The notes: generated from the sequence alone by a model not told the origin. Counted from the stretch's first letter, positions 18,369 to 28,916 are shown. The stretch: DNA of 64,000 bases from Armatimonadetes bacterium CG06_land_8_20_14_3_00_66_21 (GCA_002779825.1 PEVN01000374.1:448-64447); one strand, 5' to 3'. Made by a program: numbers and translations.

Positions 18369-19220
18369 TCACTTCGCCGCCGCGATCAAAAGAATGGACT
18401 GCGCCGCCCGAATCCGCGTGTCCAGGTTGGGGTCGTCCAGTAGCGGCACGAGGTCCTGCGTGTGGTCTGTCGCCCGGCAGTCACCTACCGTCTGCGCAGC
18501 GTAGGTGCGGATGCCCGCGTCTTCGCTCTTCAGGTTCCGGAGGACCTGCGCCAAGGCGCCCGGCGCCTTGAGCTGGGCGAGCGCGTTCCAGTCGTAGCTT
18601 CTCGTCAGCGGGTCGGTCTCCGTCTCCGCCAGCTTCTGCAGCGCCGGCCAGTCCGTCTTGTCGCCGAGCCGACCGAGAATCCAGGCCGCAAGCTGGCGCG
18701 GCCGGTCGTCCTTGCTGGCCAGGGAGCCGCGGAGGCGAGTCAGCAGGGCGCTGTCGCCGCCACGGATGAGCGCTGCCGTGGCCATCGCCTCCAGCGCAGG
18801 ATCGCCCTCCTCCAGCGCTGCTCGCAGCAGCTTCCCGTCACCGGTCTGGCGCACCTTGTACAAGCTCTCCGCCGCGTGGACTCGGCCGTTGCTCTCCTTG
18901 TTGCCGAGAATCGACAACATCACCTCGGCGCACTCCGTCTTGCCGGCTCGCACCTGCTCGCGCGCCAACCCGCAACGATGCTGGTCGTCTGTCTCTGTGT
19001 CGAGTCGCCCCTTGAGTGCAGCAAGGACTTCGTCGCCGTGCCCTGTCTGCGTCAACGCCTCCGCGGCGTGCATCGACGGCCAGAACTCCTCGGCCTGAAG
19101 GCCGGCACGGAGGAGGGCAAGGCAGCGGCCGCGGAGCTGCAGGGAGTCCTCACCCCACGCCCTGTGCCCCGAGGCTGTTAGTGCGAGGGCCGAGGCCAGA
19201 TAGAGGCTGATTCGTCTCAT
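18369..19220 (-). CDS. HEAT-repeat protein with a signal peptide.
   Basis: ATG at 19220 (MRRISLYLASALALTASG). Repeated helix pairs with D/R spacing (IRTYAAQTVGD.., DTRIRAAQSILLI). Confidence 0.65.
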   Translation of the reverse strand: MRRISLYLASALALTASGHRAWGEDSLQLRGRCLALLRAGLQAEEFWPSMHAAEALTQTGHGDEVLAALKGRLDTETDDQHRCGLAREQVRAGKTECAEVMLSILGNKESNGRVHAAESLYKVRQTGDGKLLRAALEEGDPALEAMATAALIRGGDSALLTRLRGSLASKDDRPRQLAAWILGRLGDKTDWPALQKLAETETDPLTRSYDWNALAQLKAPGALAQVLRNLKSEDAGIRTYAAQTVGDCRATDHTQDLVPLLDDPNLDTRIRAAQSILLIAAAK

Positions 19221-19263
19221 GTCGTCCTCCTTGGTACGTGTGACGCACACAGAACGCTTGGAG

Positions 19264-20664
19264 TCACAGGGCATACCTGGCAATGAGTTCCTCACCAATG
19301 CCCTGATTGCGCATGAACCGCGCAATCTCCCCGTGCAGCCGCTTTGTGACGGCCGGGTTCTCGGCGTAGACGTTCCTCTCAGCCAGCGGGTCGCCCTTCA
19401 GGTCAAGCAACGAGGGTTCGTTCGCGCCGTTCTGCCACACGGTGTAGATCCACCGGTCTGTCATCGCTTGGGCGAGGGCGTTGGTGCCACAGACGGCGGC
19501 GGCGCGGTGGCCCTTCGCGTTGCTTTCGATGAGCGGCAGCAGAGACTCACCAATAAGCTCAGCCGGCTTCTTCATGCCGAACGCGTCGAGAATGGTCGCC
19601 GTCATGTCCCATGGCTGGACGATGGCTTTGACTCGCTTGCCCTTCTGCATACCGGGCGTGCGGACCAATAGCGGAACTCGCGTGACGGCCGGGTACATCG
19701 GGAAGTACATTCGCGGGAGCGGGTCGTCGTTCCCCGGGCGACCTGCGGGCATGCACATGCCATCGGCGCCAAGTGCATGCGCTTTCTGGATCAGTCCGCC
19801 TTCACCGGGGTAGTCGAACTGAGTGCCGTGATCGCTGGTGAAGATGAGCAGCGTCTCGCCCGCGATGCCGAGCCGCTCCAGCGTAGCAAGCAGGCGACCG
19901 ACGCAGGCGTCTACCATCGTCACCTCACCCGCGTACCGGGCACGGATCTGGTTCAGCTCCCGGTCGGTGATGCCCATGGTCTTGCGGACGCCGTAGGTCG
20001 GCGCCTCGAATACGCGGCCGGTGTAGCCGGGGTCGTACAGGTCGGTGTAGTACTGCGGCGGGTCCCACGGTTCGTGCGGGTCAAACGTGTCGATCCACAG
20101 GAAGAAGTCCTTCCGCTTGTAGTTGCGCTCGAGCCACTCGGTCGCGAGCTTGTATGTGCCGGGCGCGAACCAGTCGGTCTCCACCTGCCGGTGCGCCCGG
20201 TTGACCAGCACTTGGTGCCACCACTGCGCGGGGTAGCGGATCAGGTGCTTGGGCACGGGGTACTTGAGCGGAACGCTGGCGTCCATCCAGCAGGGGTCGG
20301 CTTCCTGCCCGCGGTTCAGGCACCAAGCCGTGTAGCCTTTGTAGAGGTTGATGTTGCCCGTCACGTTGTTCTGCGTGTCGGTGATGAGCATCGACGGAAT
20401 CTTCTTCTCGCCCAGCCGCATGGGCAGCGTGACTTCCTGGTTCTCCAGGGGCTTCCATCGGTTGAATGGCAGGCCCAGGTCGCCCTTGCCCAGCAGTGTG
20501 TCACGCCGGTTCGGCACCGTGGGGAAGGAGCCGATGTAGGCGTTCTCAAACAGTGCGGACTCCTTCGCCAGGCTGTCCAGGTTAGGCGTGTGGATCCAGT
20601 CGTTGCCGTACGCGCCCAAGTGGTCGCGCCGGAAGCTGTCGGCCATGACGTAGATGACTTTCAT
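19264..20664 (-). CDS. Sulfatase-like alkaline-phosphatase-superfamily hydrolase with Thr in place of the formylglycine Cys/Ser.
   Basis: N-terminal MADSFRRDHLGAYGN metal-binding segment. TVPNR occupies the position of the C/S-x-P-x-R motif (20506-20520). Also has the FTSDHG motif. Confidence 0.75.
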   Translation of the reverse strand: MKVIYVMADSFRRDHLGAYGNDWIHTPNLDSLAKESALFENAYIGSFPTVPNRRDTLLGKGDLGLPFNRWKPLENQEVTLPMRLGEKKIPSMLITDTQNNVTGNINLYKGYTAWCLNRGQEADPCWMDASVPLKYPVPKHLIRYPAQWWHQVLVNRAHRQVETDWFAPGTYKLATEWLERNYKRKDFFLWIDTFDPHEPWDPPQYYTDLYDPGYTGRVFEAPTYGVRKTMGITDRELNQIRARYAGEVTMVDACVGRLLATLERLGIAGETLLIFTSDHGTQFDYPGEGGLIQKAHALGADGMCMPAGRPGNDDPLPRMYFPMYPAVTRVPLLVRTPGMQKGKRVKAIVQPWDMTATILDAFGMKKPAELIGESLLPLIESNAKGHRAAAVCGTNALAQAMTDRWIYTVWQNGANEPSLLDLKGDPLAERNVYAENPAVTKRLHGEIARFMRNQGIGEELIARYAL

Positions 20665-20812
20665 TGAGGTGCTCCTTGAGGGGTGGGTGTGAGGGCGAAA
20701 GGACCGGAAAGGACGTCAGTGACCTCAAGGACGTGGGTGCCGCTCCAACGCTTGTGCGTCCCCCCCCCGGTGTCCTTGGCGTCGTGGGTGTCCTCTATGT
20801 CCTTTCCGCCGC

Positions 20813-23194
20813 TCACTTGCTCTCCACAATCTCCAGGTCGTCCAAGTAGCCCTCCACCAGGGCAGCGTTGGCGCTGTGGATCCAGATCTGCAGATTCACC
20901 GTCTCCTTCGGCGGCGCGAACGGGAAGACGAATGGCTTCCAGTGCTTCTCTGAACCGCCGATGCCGCCGAGCGCCTGCAGCCAGCCGCGTTCGTCCACGT
21001 TCAGGGCGTTGCCGTTGGCGTCGAGGAAGCGGACGTACATCCCGACGCCATCGCCGGACACACCGAAGTACTTGCCGCGCAGCTCGTCCTTGGCGCCAGG
21101 CTTGGCCGGCATCCGCGCCGAGTCGATGGTGGAACCGCGGGTCGTGTCGGCATCGGTGATCTTGAGCGAGGTGGTGCCACTTGCAGCTTGCTCCGTGGAC
21201 AGAGCGCTGAACCCGTCGTTAGGGATCCGCCATCCCCACGAGCCGAGCTCGAAGTCACCGTTGCGCACACCGGCGCCCTTTCCGCCCAGGTCCAGCGGCG
21301 TGATCGTGACAGTGATCGACGCCTCTGTCACCGGCTTCGTCAGGTTCAGTCCCAGTCGGGTCGGCTTGACGGGCGCGTCTTCCTCGATCTGCTCCGCACT
21401 GACCTCGAGGGCCGCTCCCGTGGCACTGATCTCAATCCGCGCCGCCTCCTCAAAGTCGTAGATGGTCAGCGAGCCCGGCGCGGCCTGCTTCCACTGGCCG
21501 AGGGTGAGCAGCGCGGTGCCGAATGCCTGTGGCGAGCTGAAGGCCACCTCATCGCGAACCATCAGCGAGCCGGCGCCTTCCCGCGAGTAGACGAAGGTGC
21601 GTTCCAGCTTCTCAAGCTCTCGCACCGCGTACGGTGCCCTCAGGTCGACCACGAGCGTGTCGGCGGCCTCAGTGAAGTCGGTGCGAACCACCTTCCCCTT
21701 GGCGTCTGCGCCGGGCCGCTGAAGCTGACCGGCAACCACCGGCACGGGATGACCGAAGGAGTTGAGCAGCTTGCTCTCGTATCGTTTGGCGCTGAATGTC
21801 CGAGCGGAGTACGTCTCCGCGCCGGGGTCGAGCAGAATCGGCGTCGAGCCCATCAGCACGACGTACGAGCCGACATCGTTGTGGTTGTGATGCTCCGCGT
21901 TATGCCCGCCCTTGAGGGCGACGCCGAGGCGGCATTCGCTTCCTTGGGCGGGGCGGCAGATGAGGAGGCCGGCGTCCTCGAACCAGTCGCGGAGCGCCGG
22001 CCCCGCGGCGGCTTCGTCGGCGGGCGGCGTCTTGGAGGCGGAGTTGGGGAATGAGTACCTCAACGCCTCAAACAACGCCCCACCCGGCGACCCGGGATCC
22101 TGCGACTCCCAGTCGCGCAGGCCCAGGCGGTACTTCCGACTCACGTACCACATCTCGCGAGCGTCCGGTCGGGCGTTGACGGAGCAGTCGGCAAACGCCG
22201 GGCAGACGCCGTTCAAGATGCCGATCCGGGCGCCGAACGTCGCCGGGGCGCGGACCTCGGGAAGCGCCATCAGGTCGCGCTTGCCCTCGGTTGCCTGATA
22301 GATGATCTCGGCCAAGTTCAGGTAGTTGCCGAACCCGTAGTTCCAGTAGCCGACGCCCTCGGAGCAATAACCGTCGGGCGGGAAGCCTTTCAGGAAGTTC
22401 TTCGAAAACTCCTCCGCGGCGGCGACGAAGAACGCGCGTTCCTCCTTCCCGTCCAGCAGTGCCAGCGCCGAGCCGGTCACCCCGGCCAAGCAGACTGCGT
22501 TCCAGTTGTTGGTGGTGGTCATCCACCAATTGCGCGGGCGCTTGCCCTCGACCAGGTCCCGGTACGGATCGAGGATCCGCCGCGTCACCTCGTCCCGGAT
22601 CAGCTTCTGCGTCGGCGGGCTGAGCTTGCCGCCCAGCAAGTAGAGCGTGGTCGCCAGCTCCCAGCCACGCGCCGACGACTTGAGGTCGATGTCCACGACC
22701 TCTCCCTCAAAGTTGGTCAGCTTGCTGTCGTGCGCCGGCATCACCCAAGTGCGCTCCGCGCAGAAGGCGCGCACCAGCTCCTCCAGTTTGGGGAGGAACC
22801 TCCCCTTGTTCTCCAAGCACTCCGCCAGCACCAGCGGGTTCAGGAACCGGTCGCGCTGGCTGTTGACGCGCTGCCACCGCGTCCGGTTGCCGGTCTTTGA
22901 GAAGTCGAGGTACAGGTCGTCGGGCAGCTCAGGGATTGGTTGCGAAAGCAGCTTCTCCGCGTTGTCCACCACGTCGCCGAACGCCTCGCGCTTGGCGAGG
23001 TCCTGCCACGCCGTCCGGTCTGAGGCGGAGCAGCCGTAGGCAACCGGATGGTCAAGCAGCAGAGCGGCGATCTCTTGCACCCTCCCCACCGGCAGTGCAG
23101 CCCCTTCGGCGACCGACGGTGTGGGTCTCAGCAGCATGCATCCGGCAATCAGGAGCGTTGCGGCGGCAGAGACGAATGGCAGACTCGCGTTCAT
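20813..23194 (-). CDS. Heparinase II/III-like polysaccharide lyase with a C-terminal CBM4/9-like module.
   Basis: ATG at 23194 with GGAGG upstream and a signal peptide. GGHNAEHHNHNDVGSYVVLMG is typical of Hepar_II_III. C-terminal RNGDFELGSWGW..GYLDDLEIV is a CBM-like sandwich. Confidence 0.7.
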   Translation of the reverse strand: MNASLPFVSAAATLLIAGCMLLRPTPSVAEGAALPVGRVQEIAALLLDHPVAYGCSASDRTAWQDLAKREAFGDVVDNAEKLLSQPIPELPDDLYLDFSKTGNRTRWQRVNSQRDRFLNPLVLAECLENKGRFLPKLEELVRAFCAERTWVMPAHDSKLTNFEGEVVDIDLKSSARGWELATTLYLLGGKLSPPTQKLIRDEVTRRILDPYRDLVEGKRPRNWWMTTTNNWNAVCLAGVTGSALALLDGKEERAFFVAAAEEFSKNFLKGFPPDGYCSEGVGYWNYGFGNYLNLAEIIYQATEGKRDLMALPEVRAPATFGARIGILNGVCPAFADCSVNARPDAREMWYVSRKYRLGLRDWESQDPGSPGGALFEALRYSFPNSASKTPPADEAAAGPALRDWFEDAGLLICRPAQGSECRLGVALKGGHNAEHHNHNDVGSYVVLMGSTPILLDPGAETYSARTFSAKRYESKLLNSFGHPVPVVAGQLQRPGADAKGKVVRTDFTEAADTLVVDLRAPYAVRELEKLERTFVYSREGAGSLMVRDEVAFSSPQAFGTALLTLGQWKQAAPGSLTIYDFEEAARIEISATGAALEVSAEQIEEDAPVKPTRLGLNLTKPVTEASITVTITPLDLGGKGAGVRNGDFELGSWGWRIPNDGFSALSTEQAASGTTSLKITDADTTRGSTIDSARMPAKPGAKDELRGKYFGVSGDGVGMYVRFLDANGNALNVDERGWLQALGGIGGSEKHWKPFVFPFAPPKETVNLQIWIHSANAALVEGYLDDLEIVESK

Positions 23195-23397
23195 TGGGAC
23201 CTCCGAGAGTAGTGAACAGAGCACCCGCCGCACCGAAGCCGTCAGCGCCCAGCCGGTGGCTGGCTACAGGACAGCAGAGCTGTGTTCCGGTGCTCACCCA
23301 AGAGGTACGGTCATTCGACACGTCGGCGAAGTTTCCTGCGTGTCGAGGAGCTGTGGCGCCACGGAGACCTCCGGTCGCCCGCCCCGCGGGGTGCCTG

Positions 23398-24378
23398 TCA
23401 ACGACGGCCCGCGCGACCATTGCTCGTCTCGACAAAGGCGCCAATCTGCGCGTCGGTCGGCAGCGCCGGGATCACGCCCACGGCTTGCGTCGTCAGAGCA
23501 CCGGCGGCGTTGGCATACCGAGCGAAGTCGGTCATCTGCGCCAGGGAAAGCCTGCCGAGGTCGCCCGCCGTCAGTAGCTTCGACAGCAGGGCCGCCACGA
23601 ATGCGTCCCCGGCGCCAAGGGTGTCTACCACGTCCATCCGGAAGGCAGGCTCCGAACCCGTGCAGGTACCGTTTGTGAACCAGCAACCGTTCTCCCCGCG
23701 CGTCACCACGACCCACTGGACGCCGAGGTCGAGAAGGCGGCGCGCGCCAGCGTCCAGGTCGGCCGTCCCGGTGCCGAACTCCCACTCCTCTTCGGCGAGC
23801 TTGACAAGGTCAGTCAAGTGCATCGCGTCCCCGATCAGCCGCTTGGCTTCCTCGTGGTTGCGCCAAAGCGCCGGGCGCCAGTTTGGGTCGTACGAGATCA
23901 GCGCCCCCGCCTCCTTGGCGAGCCGCGCCGCCTCCAGCGTGGCTTCTCGGCACGGATTCTCGCTGAGGCTTACCGACCCAAAGTGGAACACCTTCGCCGT
24001 GCCGAGGTACGCCCGGTCCAACTCGGCCGGCGAAAGGAGCATGTCGGCACCGGGGTTCCGGTAGAAGGCGATGTCTTTCGTCTGGTCGCTCCGCGTAGCC
24101 ACGAAGGCCAGCGTCGTCCGAGTACCTTCGCCGATGAGCAAGTGCCCAACGTCCACCCCCTCCGCTGCGACTACGTCGCGGAGGAAGCTGCCGAACGGCT
24201 CGTCGCCCACCTTCCCGATGAACCCGGTGTCCACTCCCAGCTTGGCCAGGCCGACTGCCACATTCGCTGGCGCTCCGCCCGGCGCCTTGATGAACCCCGG
24301 GCTGTCGGCAACTCCCACATCGGGTGCAGTCGAGACGAAGTCGATCAACAACTCGCCGAGACAGATGGCATCAGGCAT
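23398..24378 (-). CDS. PfkB-family sugar kinase (fructokinase / 2-keto-3-deoxygluconate-kinase-like).
   Basis: MPDAICLGELLIDFV N-terminus, GGAPANVA, and C-terminal DTLGAGDAF..ALL motif. Confidence 0.8.
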   Translation of the reverse strand: MPDAICLGELLIDFVSTAPDVGVADSPGFIKAPGGAPANVAVGLAKLGVDTGFIGKVGDEPFGSFLRDVVAAEGVDVGHLLIGEGTRTTLAFVATRSDQTKDIAFYRNPGADMLLSPAELDRAYLGTAKVFHFGSVSLSENPCREATLEAARLAKEAGALISYDPNWRPALWRNHEEAKRLIGDAMHLTDLVKLAEEEWEFGTGTADLDAGARRLLDLGVQWVVVTRGENGCWFTNGTCTGSEPAFRMDVVDTLGAGDAFVAALLSKLLTAGDLGRLSLAQMTDFARYANAAGALTTQAVGVIPALPTDAQIGAFVETSNGRAGRR

Positions 24379-24521
24379 GTTCTCACCTCTCCTGAAGTGC
24401 ACCGGGTGCGAGCGGCAGCGGGCGGCGCGCCTCCACGGGACGCTCGAGCCCGTTTGGGGGGAGGCCGCGCAGCGACCACCCCCAACGAGTTAGGGAGTCC
24501 CGGGCATTCCAGCAGGAACGC

Positions 24522-25499
24522 TCAGAGCCGCTCTTCGGACTTCGCCTTCGCTGAGTCCAGCGCGGCTCGCGAAGTCGCAAGTGCCAGGCGTGCGTCTTCC
24601 GGCGTCAGGATGGCCGGCGTCTTGTCGTTGGCGACGCAGTCCAGGAAGTACTTGATCTCGGCAACGTAGCCGTCGTCCTTCGGCACGTCGGGGTGCTCCG
24701 GCTCGCGGTTGGGTCGGTACACCGTCAAGGTCGGGTCGGCGATGTTGCTGAGCATCACGCAGCCCTCTTCGCACTGCAGCTTGAGGGTCATCACCAAGCC
24801 CATGCCCGCTGGCACGAAGAAGCCGCTCTCGGCGATGGCCACCTTCCCGTCGGGGTACTCCAGAGTCGTGAACACGTGATCCAGGCCGCCCTGCTCAGAC
24901 CACAGTCCGCGGGCGTAGATGGTCTCCGGCTTGCCGAAAATCCAGTTGAGATAGTCCAAGTCGTGGATGTGGTTGTCGATCACTGCGCCGCCGCTCCGTT
25001 CCGGGTCCAGCAGCCAGTCATCCCATGACCAGTCGGGCGCCGGCACGAATCGGGCAGCATTTGCCGCCAGGGGCGCCCCCAGGTCGCCGCTATCCAGCAG
25101 TTGCTTCGTCACCACGTACTCCGGCCAGAACCGGATGACGTGCGCCACCATGAACTTGCCGGGTGCCTTCTCCGCCGCTTCGAGAATCGCCTCAGCGTCG
25201 TCCATCGACAGCGAGAGCGGCTTTTCGCACAGGACGTTCTTCCCTGCCTCAAGGCACTTCACCACAAACTCGCGGTGAATGGGTGTCGGCAGGCAGATGT
25301 CCACCAGCTCGAGAGAGTCGTCGTCCAAGACGGCGTCGATCGTGGCGTGCGTAGCGCAGCCATACTTGGCGGCCGCTTGTTCGCGAACGCCGTCCTGGAA
25401 GTCCACCACCGCCGCCAAGTCGGCGTTCCCCAATCCGTGATAGATGCCGGCGTGAACGCCGCCCATGAATCCGTGACCTGCAACGCATACCTTTGTCAT
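24522..25499 (-). CDS. Gfo/Idh/MocA-family NAD(P)-dependent oxidoreductase.
   Basis: N-terminal Rossmann segment MTKVCVAGHGFMGGVH, the EKP motif (VLCEKPLS), and a C-terminal alpha/beta domain. Confidence 0.8.
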   Translation of the reverse strand: MTKVCVAGHGFMGGVHAGIYHGLGNADLAAVVDFQDGVREQAAAKYGCATHATIDAVLDDDSLELVDICLPTPIHREFVVKCLEAGKNVLCEKPLSLSMDDAEAILEAAEKAPGKFMVAHVIRFWPEYVVTKQLLDSGDLGAPLAANAARFVPAPDWSWDDWLLDPERSGGAVIDNHIHDLDYLNWIFGKPETIYARGLWSEQGGLDHVFTTLEYPDGKVAIAESGFFVPAGMGLVMTLKLQCEEGCVMLSNIADPTLTVYRPNREPEHPDVPKDDGYVAEIKYFLDCVANDKTPAILTPEDARLALATSRAALDSAKAKSEERL

Positions 25500-25503
25500 T
25501 GTG

Positions 25504-26349
25504 CTACCTCCCGACGATCCGCTTCATCGCTTCGGCGGTGTTGTAGACGATCTGGTCGCCATGGTGCGTGTATGGGGGAATCATCTCGGCGGTTACCCAG
25601 CCGTCATAGCCGATCTCCTGGAACGCCGCCATGACCGCCGGCCAGTTGACCTCGCCCGAGAGCAGGTCAACAAAGCCCGCCAAGCCACCAACCTCGCACC
25701 GGAAGTCCTTGAAGTGCACGCGGGCAATCCGCTTGCCGAGGATCCGGATCCACTGCTCCGGGAAACCGGTCAGCAGAACGTTGCCGACGTCGAAGTAGGC
25801 ACCCACCCGGTCGCTCTCGAACTGATCGAGGAAGCGAGCCATTTCCAGCGGGCTGAGCAGGAACTTGTTCCACACATTCTCCACGCCGATGGTGACGCCC
25901 AGCGACTCGGCAAGGGGTGCGGCCTCGCCGATGGCTTCCGTGGCGCGCTCCCAGGCGACGTCGTACGAGACGACCGGGCAGTCCGGGATGAACGAGGCGT
26001 GCACGTTCCCAGGCACGACCAAGATACCGTCGACGCCTACCCACGCCGCCATCTCGATCTCCTTCTTCAGGATCGCCTTGGCCTTCGCGCGTTCGGCCTC
26101 GCAGTCGGCAGTCAGGGAACAGCCCCAGTACAACCCGCACGCGACGCCGCTGATCTCGATGCCGACTTCCTCCGCCCTCGCGCGCACAGCCCTGGCATCG
26201 GCTTCCGAGGATTCCATCGAGAACTCACCCACGTCACCCAACGCCACCTCGAAGCCATCGTAGCCGGCATCCTTTGCCAGCTCCATGCAGTCCCTAAGGG
26301 ACTTGCCCGGGTCGAAACTCCAGTTGCTGATGCTGATCTTCATGGTCAT
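25504..26349 (-). CDS. Sugar phosphate isomerase/epimerase (xylose-isomerase-like TIM barrel).
   Basis: Start at MTMKISISNWSF (ATG 26349 or 26343) with GGAGG upstream. GYDGFEV, GVENVWN and HFKD motifs match the AP_endonuc_2 fold. Confidence 0.8.
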   Translation of the reverse strand: MTMKISISNWSFDPGKSLRDCMELAKDAGYDGFEVALGDVGEFSMESSEADARAVRARAEEVGIEISGVACGLYWGCSLTADCEAERAKAKAILKKEIEMAAWVGVDGILVVPGNVHASFIPDCPVVSYDVAWERATEAIGEAAPLAESLGVTIGVENVWNKFLLSPLEMARFLDQFESDRVGAYFDVGNVLLTGFPEQWIRILGKRIARVHFKDFRCEVGGLAGFVDLLSGEVNWPAVMAAFQEIGYDGWVTAEMIPPYTHHGDQIVYNTAEAMKRIVGR

Positions 26350-26547
26350 TCGCCTCCAGCGATGTGCGGGCCCTCGGTGCGGACGTTCACAGTACTCCCG
26401 GAGCGCAGCGACGCCGAAGCAGCCAAGTCCCGTAGTTCGCCGCCACACCGCGCTGCCCTTCTCGAGTGAATTCCCACCTACGCGATCCACTCGGCCGGCG
26501 GGGGCAGCCGCGAAGGAAGTCACGGCCGTCCGAGACCTCCGGACGTG

Positions 26548-27654
26548 TCACTCGCGGCCGGCATCAGAGATCACGAGGTTGTCGCGATGGATGACCTCAT
26601 CGAAGTCCTTCGAACCCAATTCCGCCGCTATCTCGTTGGAGCGTCTGCCGACAAGGCGCTGGGCTTCCGCAGACGTGTAGTTGACCAGACCACGCGCAAA
26701 CTCATTTCCCTGCTCGTCGACGATGGCAACTAAGTCCCCGCGGGAGAACCTACCATGGACCGCGGTCATCCCTACCGGGAGGAGGCTCCGCCCTCGCTTC
26801 GTCAGGCTGGTCCGACAGCCTTCGTTGACCTGGACCTTGCCGCGGATCTGTGGGCCGAAGGCGATCCAACGCTTGCGGCTGGTGAGTTGGTGTTCCGCCG
26901 GGAACAGTGTTCCCACCAGCTTCCCCGCCGCGATGTCCCGAAGCACGCCGGGGCGCCTTCCTCTGGCGATGACCATCGAGACGCCGGACTGAGTCGCGAT
27001 GTCGGCCGCCTCCAGTTTGGTGATCATGCCCCCGGTTCCGGCAGCCGTGCCGGACCTGCGCGCCGCCGACCGAACAGCGGGCGTGATCGCCTTGACAATC
27101 CGCACTGGATCGTCTGCTTCCGGCAGGTAGAGCCCTTCCACGTCCGACAGCAACACCAGGAGGTCGGCGCCAACGAGGATAGCTGCCCGCGCTGCCAGCG
27201 TGTCGTTGTCGCCGAACCGAATCTCCTCGACGACGACCGTGTCGTTCTCGTTAACGATCGGCACCACATCCCAGCGGGAAAGCTGGGCGAGCGTGTTGCG
27301 GGCGTTGAGGAACCGGCGGCGTTGGGAGATATCGTCCCGTGTCAGCAGGACCTGCGCCACCTTCACGTTCCGCCGGGCAAAGGCGTCGCCGTACGTCTGC
27401 ATCAGTAGGCTTTGGCCGACGGCCGCAGCCGCCTGCTTTTCCGGCACGGTCCGCGTCTCCCCTAGGGCGAGCCACGCCATTCCGGAGCGAATCGCCCCGG
27501 AGGTCACCAGCACAACGGGGTGACCGGAGTCCCGGAGGTCACAGAGCTGGCCGACGAGGTCGTCGATGAAGGTCTCGTCCAACACCCCATCCTCGCGGGT
27601 GAGTGTTGTACTCCCGACCTTCACCACGATGGTCTTGCTGCTTCGCCGACTCAT
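26548..27654 (-). CDS. proB: Glutamate 5-kinase with a C-terminal PUA domain.
   Basis: VVKVGSTTLT, VLVTSGAI and GTGGMITKLEAA motifs. PUA-like C-terminus (GDLVAIVDEQGNEFARGLVNY). Overlaps obg by 4 nt. Confidence 0.9.
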   Translation of the reverse strand: MSRRSSKTIVVKVGSTTLTREDGVLDETFIDDLVGQLCDLRDSGHPVVLVTSGAIRSGMAWLALGETRTVPEKQAAAAVGQSLLMQTYGDAFARRNVKVAQVLLTRDDISQRRRFLNARNTLAQLSRWDVVPIVNENDTVVVEEIRFGDNDTLAARAAILVGADLLVLLSDVEGLYLPEADDPVRIVKAITPAVRSAARRSGTAAGTGGMITKLEAADIATQSGVSMVIARGRRPGVLRDIAAGKLVGTLFPAEHQLTSRKRWIAFGPQIRGKVQVNEGCRTSLTKRGRSLLPVGMTAVHGRFSRGDLVAIVDEQGNEFARGLVNYTSAEAQRLVGRRSNEIAAELGSKDFDEVIHRDNLVISDAGRE

Positions 27655-28916
27655 TCGAGGTACGCCATCTCCACTTCCCCGATCCGCAGCAGGTCGCCGT
27701 CTTTGGCGCCGCGGTCGCGGAGTTCATCCATGACGCCCATTCGCTCGAAGAGCTGGTATAGGTGTCGCGCAGCCTCGAAGTTCTCGACATTGAACCTGGC
27801 CGTGACCCGCTCGACGCGGCCGCCGCTGAGGCGCCAGACGCCGGGGCCGTCATCGCGAACTTCGAACGGGTCCTCAGTGCGTCTCGGCAGCGCGGGAACC
27901 TCTGTGGCTGCGGGTCTTGGGTGTTGCCGCACCTGCTCCGCCATCGCGCGGATCAGCTCCGGCACCCCCTCACCCGTGACGCCGGAAATCGGGTAGACCG
28001 GGACGCCCAATGCCTTCAACTCGGCCGCCAGCATCTCAAAGCACTCCCGCGCGTCCGGGACGTCGAGCTTGTTGGGAGCCAGTAGCTGTGGGCGCTCCGC
28101 CAGCACCGGGCTGAACTTCGCCAACTCCTCGTTCATCTGAACGAAATCTGCAACCGGGTCGCGGTCGGCCGGCATCGTCATGTCCAGCAGGTGCACCAGC
28201 ACCGAGGTGCGCTCCACGTGGCGCAGGAACTGGTCGCCCAGCCCGCGCCCTTCATGCGCGCCCTCGATGATCCCGGGAATGTCGGCCACCACCAGGCTCT
28301 CCCCGCGGTCCAGCCGCACAGTGCCCAGGTTGGGCACCAAGGTGGTGAAGGGGTAGTCGGCGATCTTGGGACGCGCGGCGGAGATCCGCGAGATAAGCGT
28401 GGACTTGCCCGCGTTGGGGAAGCCGATCAGCCCTACGTCCGCCAACAGCTTCAGTTCGAGACGGACCTCGCGCTCCTCGCCGTCGTCGCCCTTCTCAGCA
28501 AACCGCGGCGTTCGCCGGATAGCCGTCGCGAAGTGCCGGTTCCCCCGTCCCCCGCGCCCTCCGCGGGCGGCCACGAACTCGGTGCCGGGGTCGGTCAGGT
28601 CGGCGAGAAGATCGCCCGTCGCGCCCTCGTAGACAAGCGTGCCCAGTGGGACGGACACGAGCAGGTCGTCGCCAGCAGCGCCGCTCTTGCGGGACCCGCC
28701 GCCGTGCGTGCCGTTCTTCCCCCGGTAGTGCCGCTGGAACTGGAAGTCGATCAGCGTGTTGGCCTCGTCGCGGGCCACCAGAATGACGCTCCCACCATTC
28801 CCCCCTCGGCCGCCGTCAGGACCGCCGTGTGGTTCGCCGAACTCCCTTCGGAAGCTGACAGCGCCGTTACCCCCCGCGCCCCCCTTGACGTAGATGGTGG
28901 CCTCATCGATGAACAC
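27651..28916 (-). CDS. obgE: GTPase Obg/CgtA.
   Basis: MFIDEATIYVKGGAGGNGAVSFRRE Obg fold, G1 GFPNAGKST, G3 DIPG, G4 NKLD. Confidence 0.95.
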   Translation of the reverse strand: MFIDEATIYVKGGAGGNGAVSFRREFGEPHGGPDGGRGGNGGSVILVARDEANTLIDFQFQRHYRGKNGTHGGGSRKSGAAGDDLLVSVPLGTLVYEGATGDLLADLTDPGTEFVAARGGRGGRGNRHFATAIRRTPRFAEKGDDGEEREVRLELKLLADVGLIGFPNAGKSTLISRISAARPKIADYPFTTLVPNLGTVRLDRGESLVVADIPGIIEGAHEGRGLGDQFLRHVERTSVLVHLLDMTMPADRDPVADFVQMNEELAKFSPVLAERPQLLAPNKLDVPDARECFEMLAAELKALGVPVYPISGVTGEGVPELIRAMAEQVRQHPRPAATEVPALPRRTEDPFEVRDDGPGVWRLSGGRVERVTARFNVENFEAARHLYQLFERMGVMDELRDRGAKDGDLLRIGEVEMAYLE

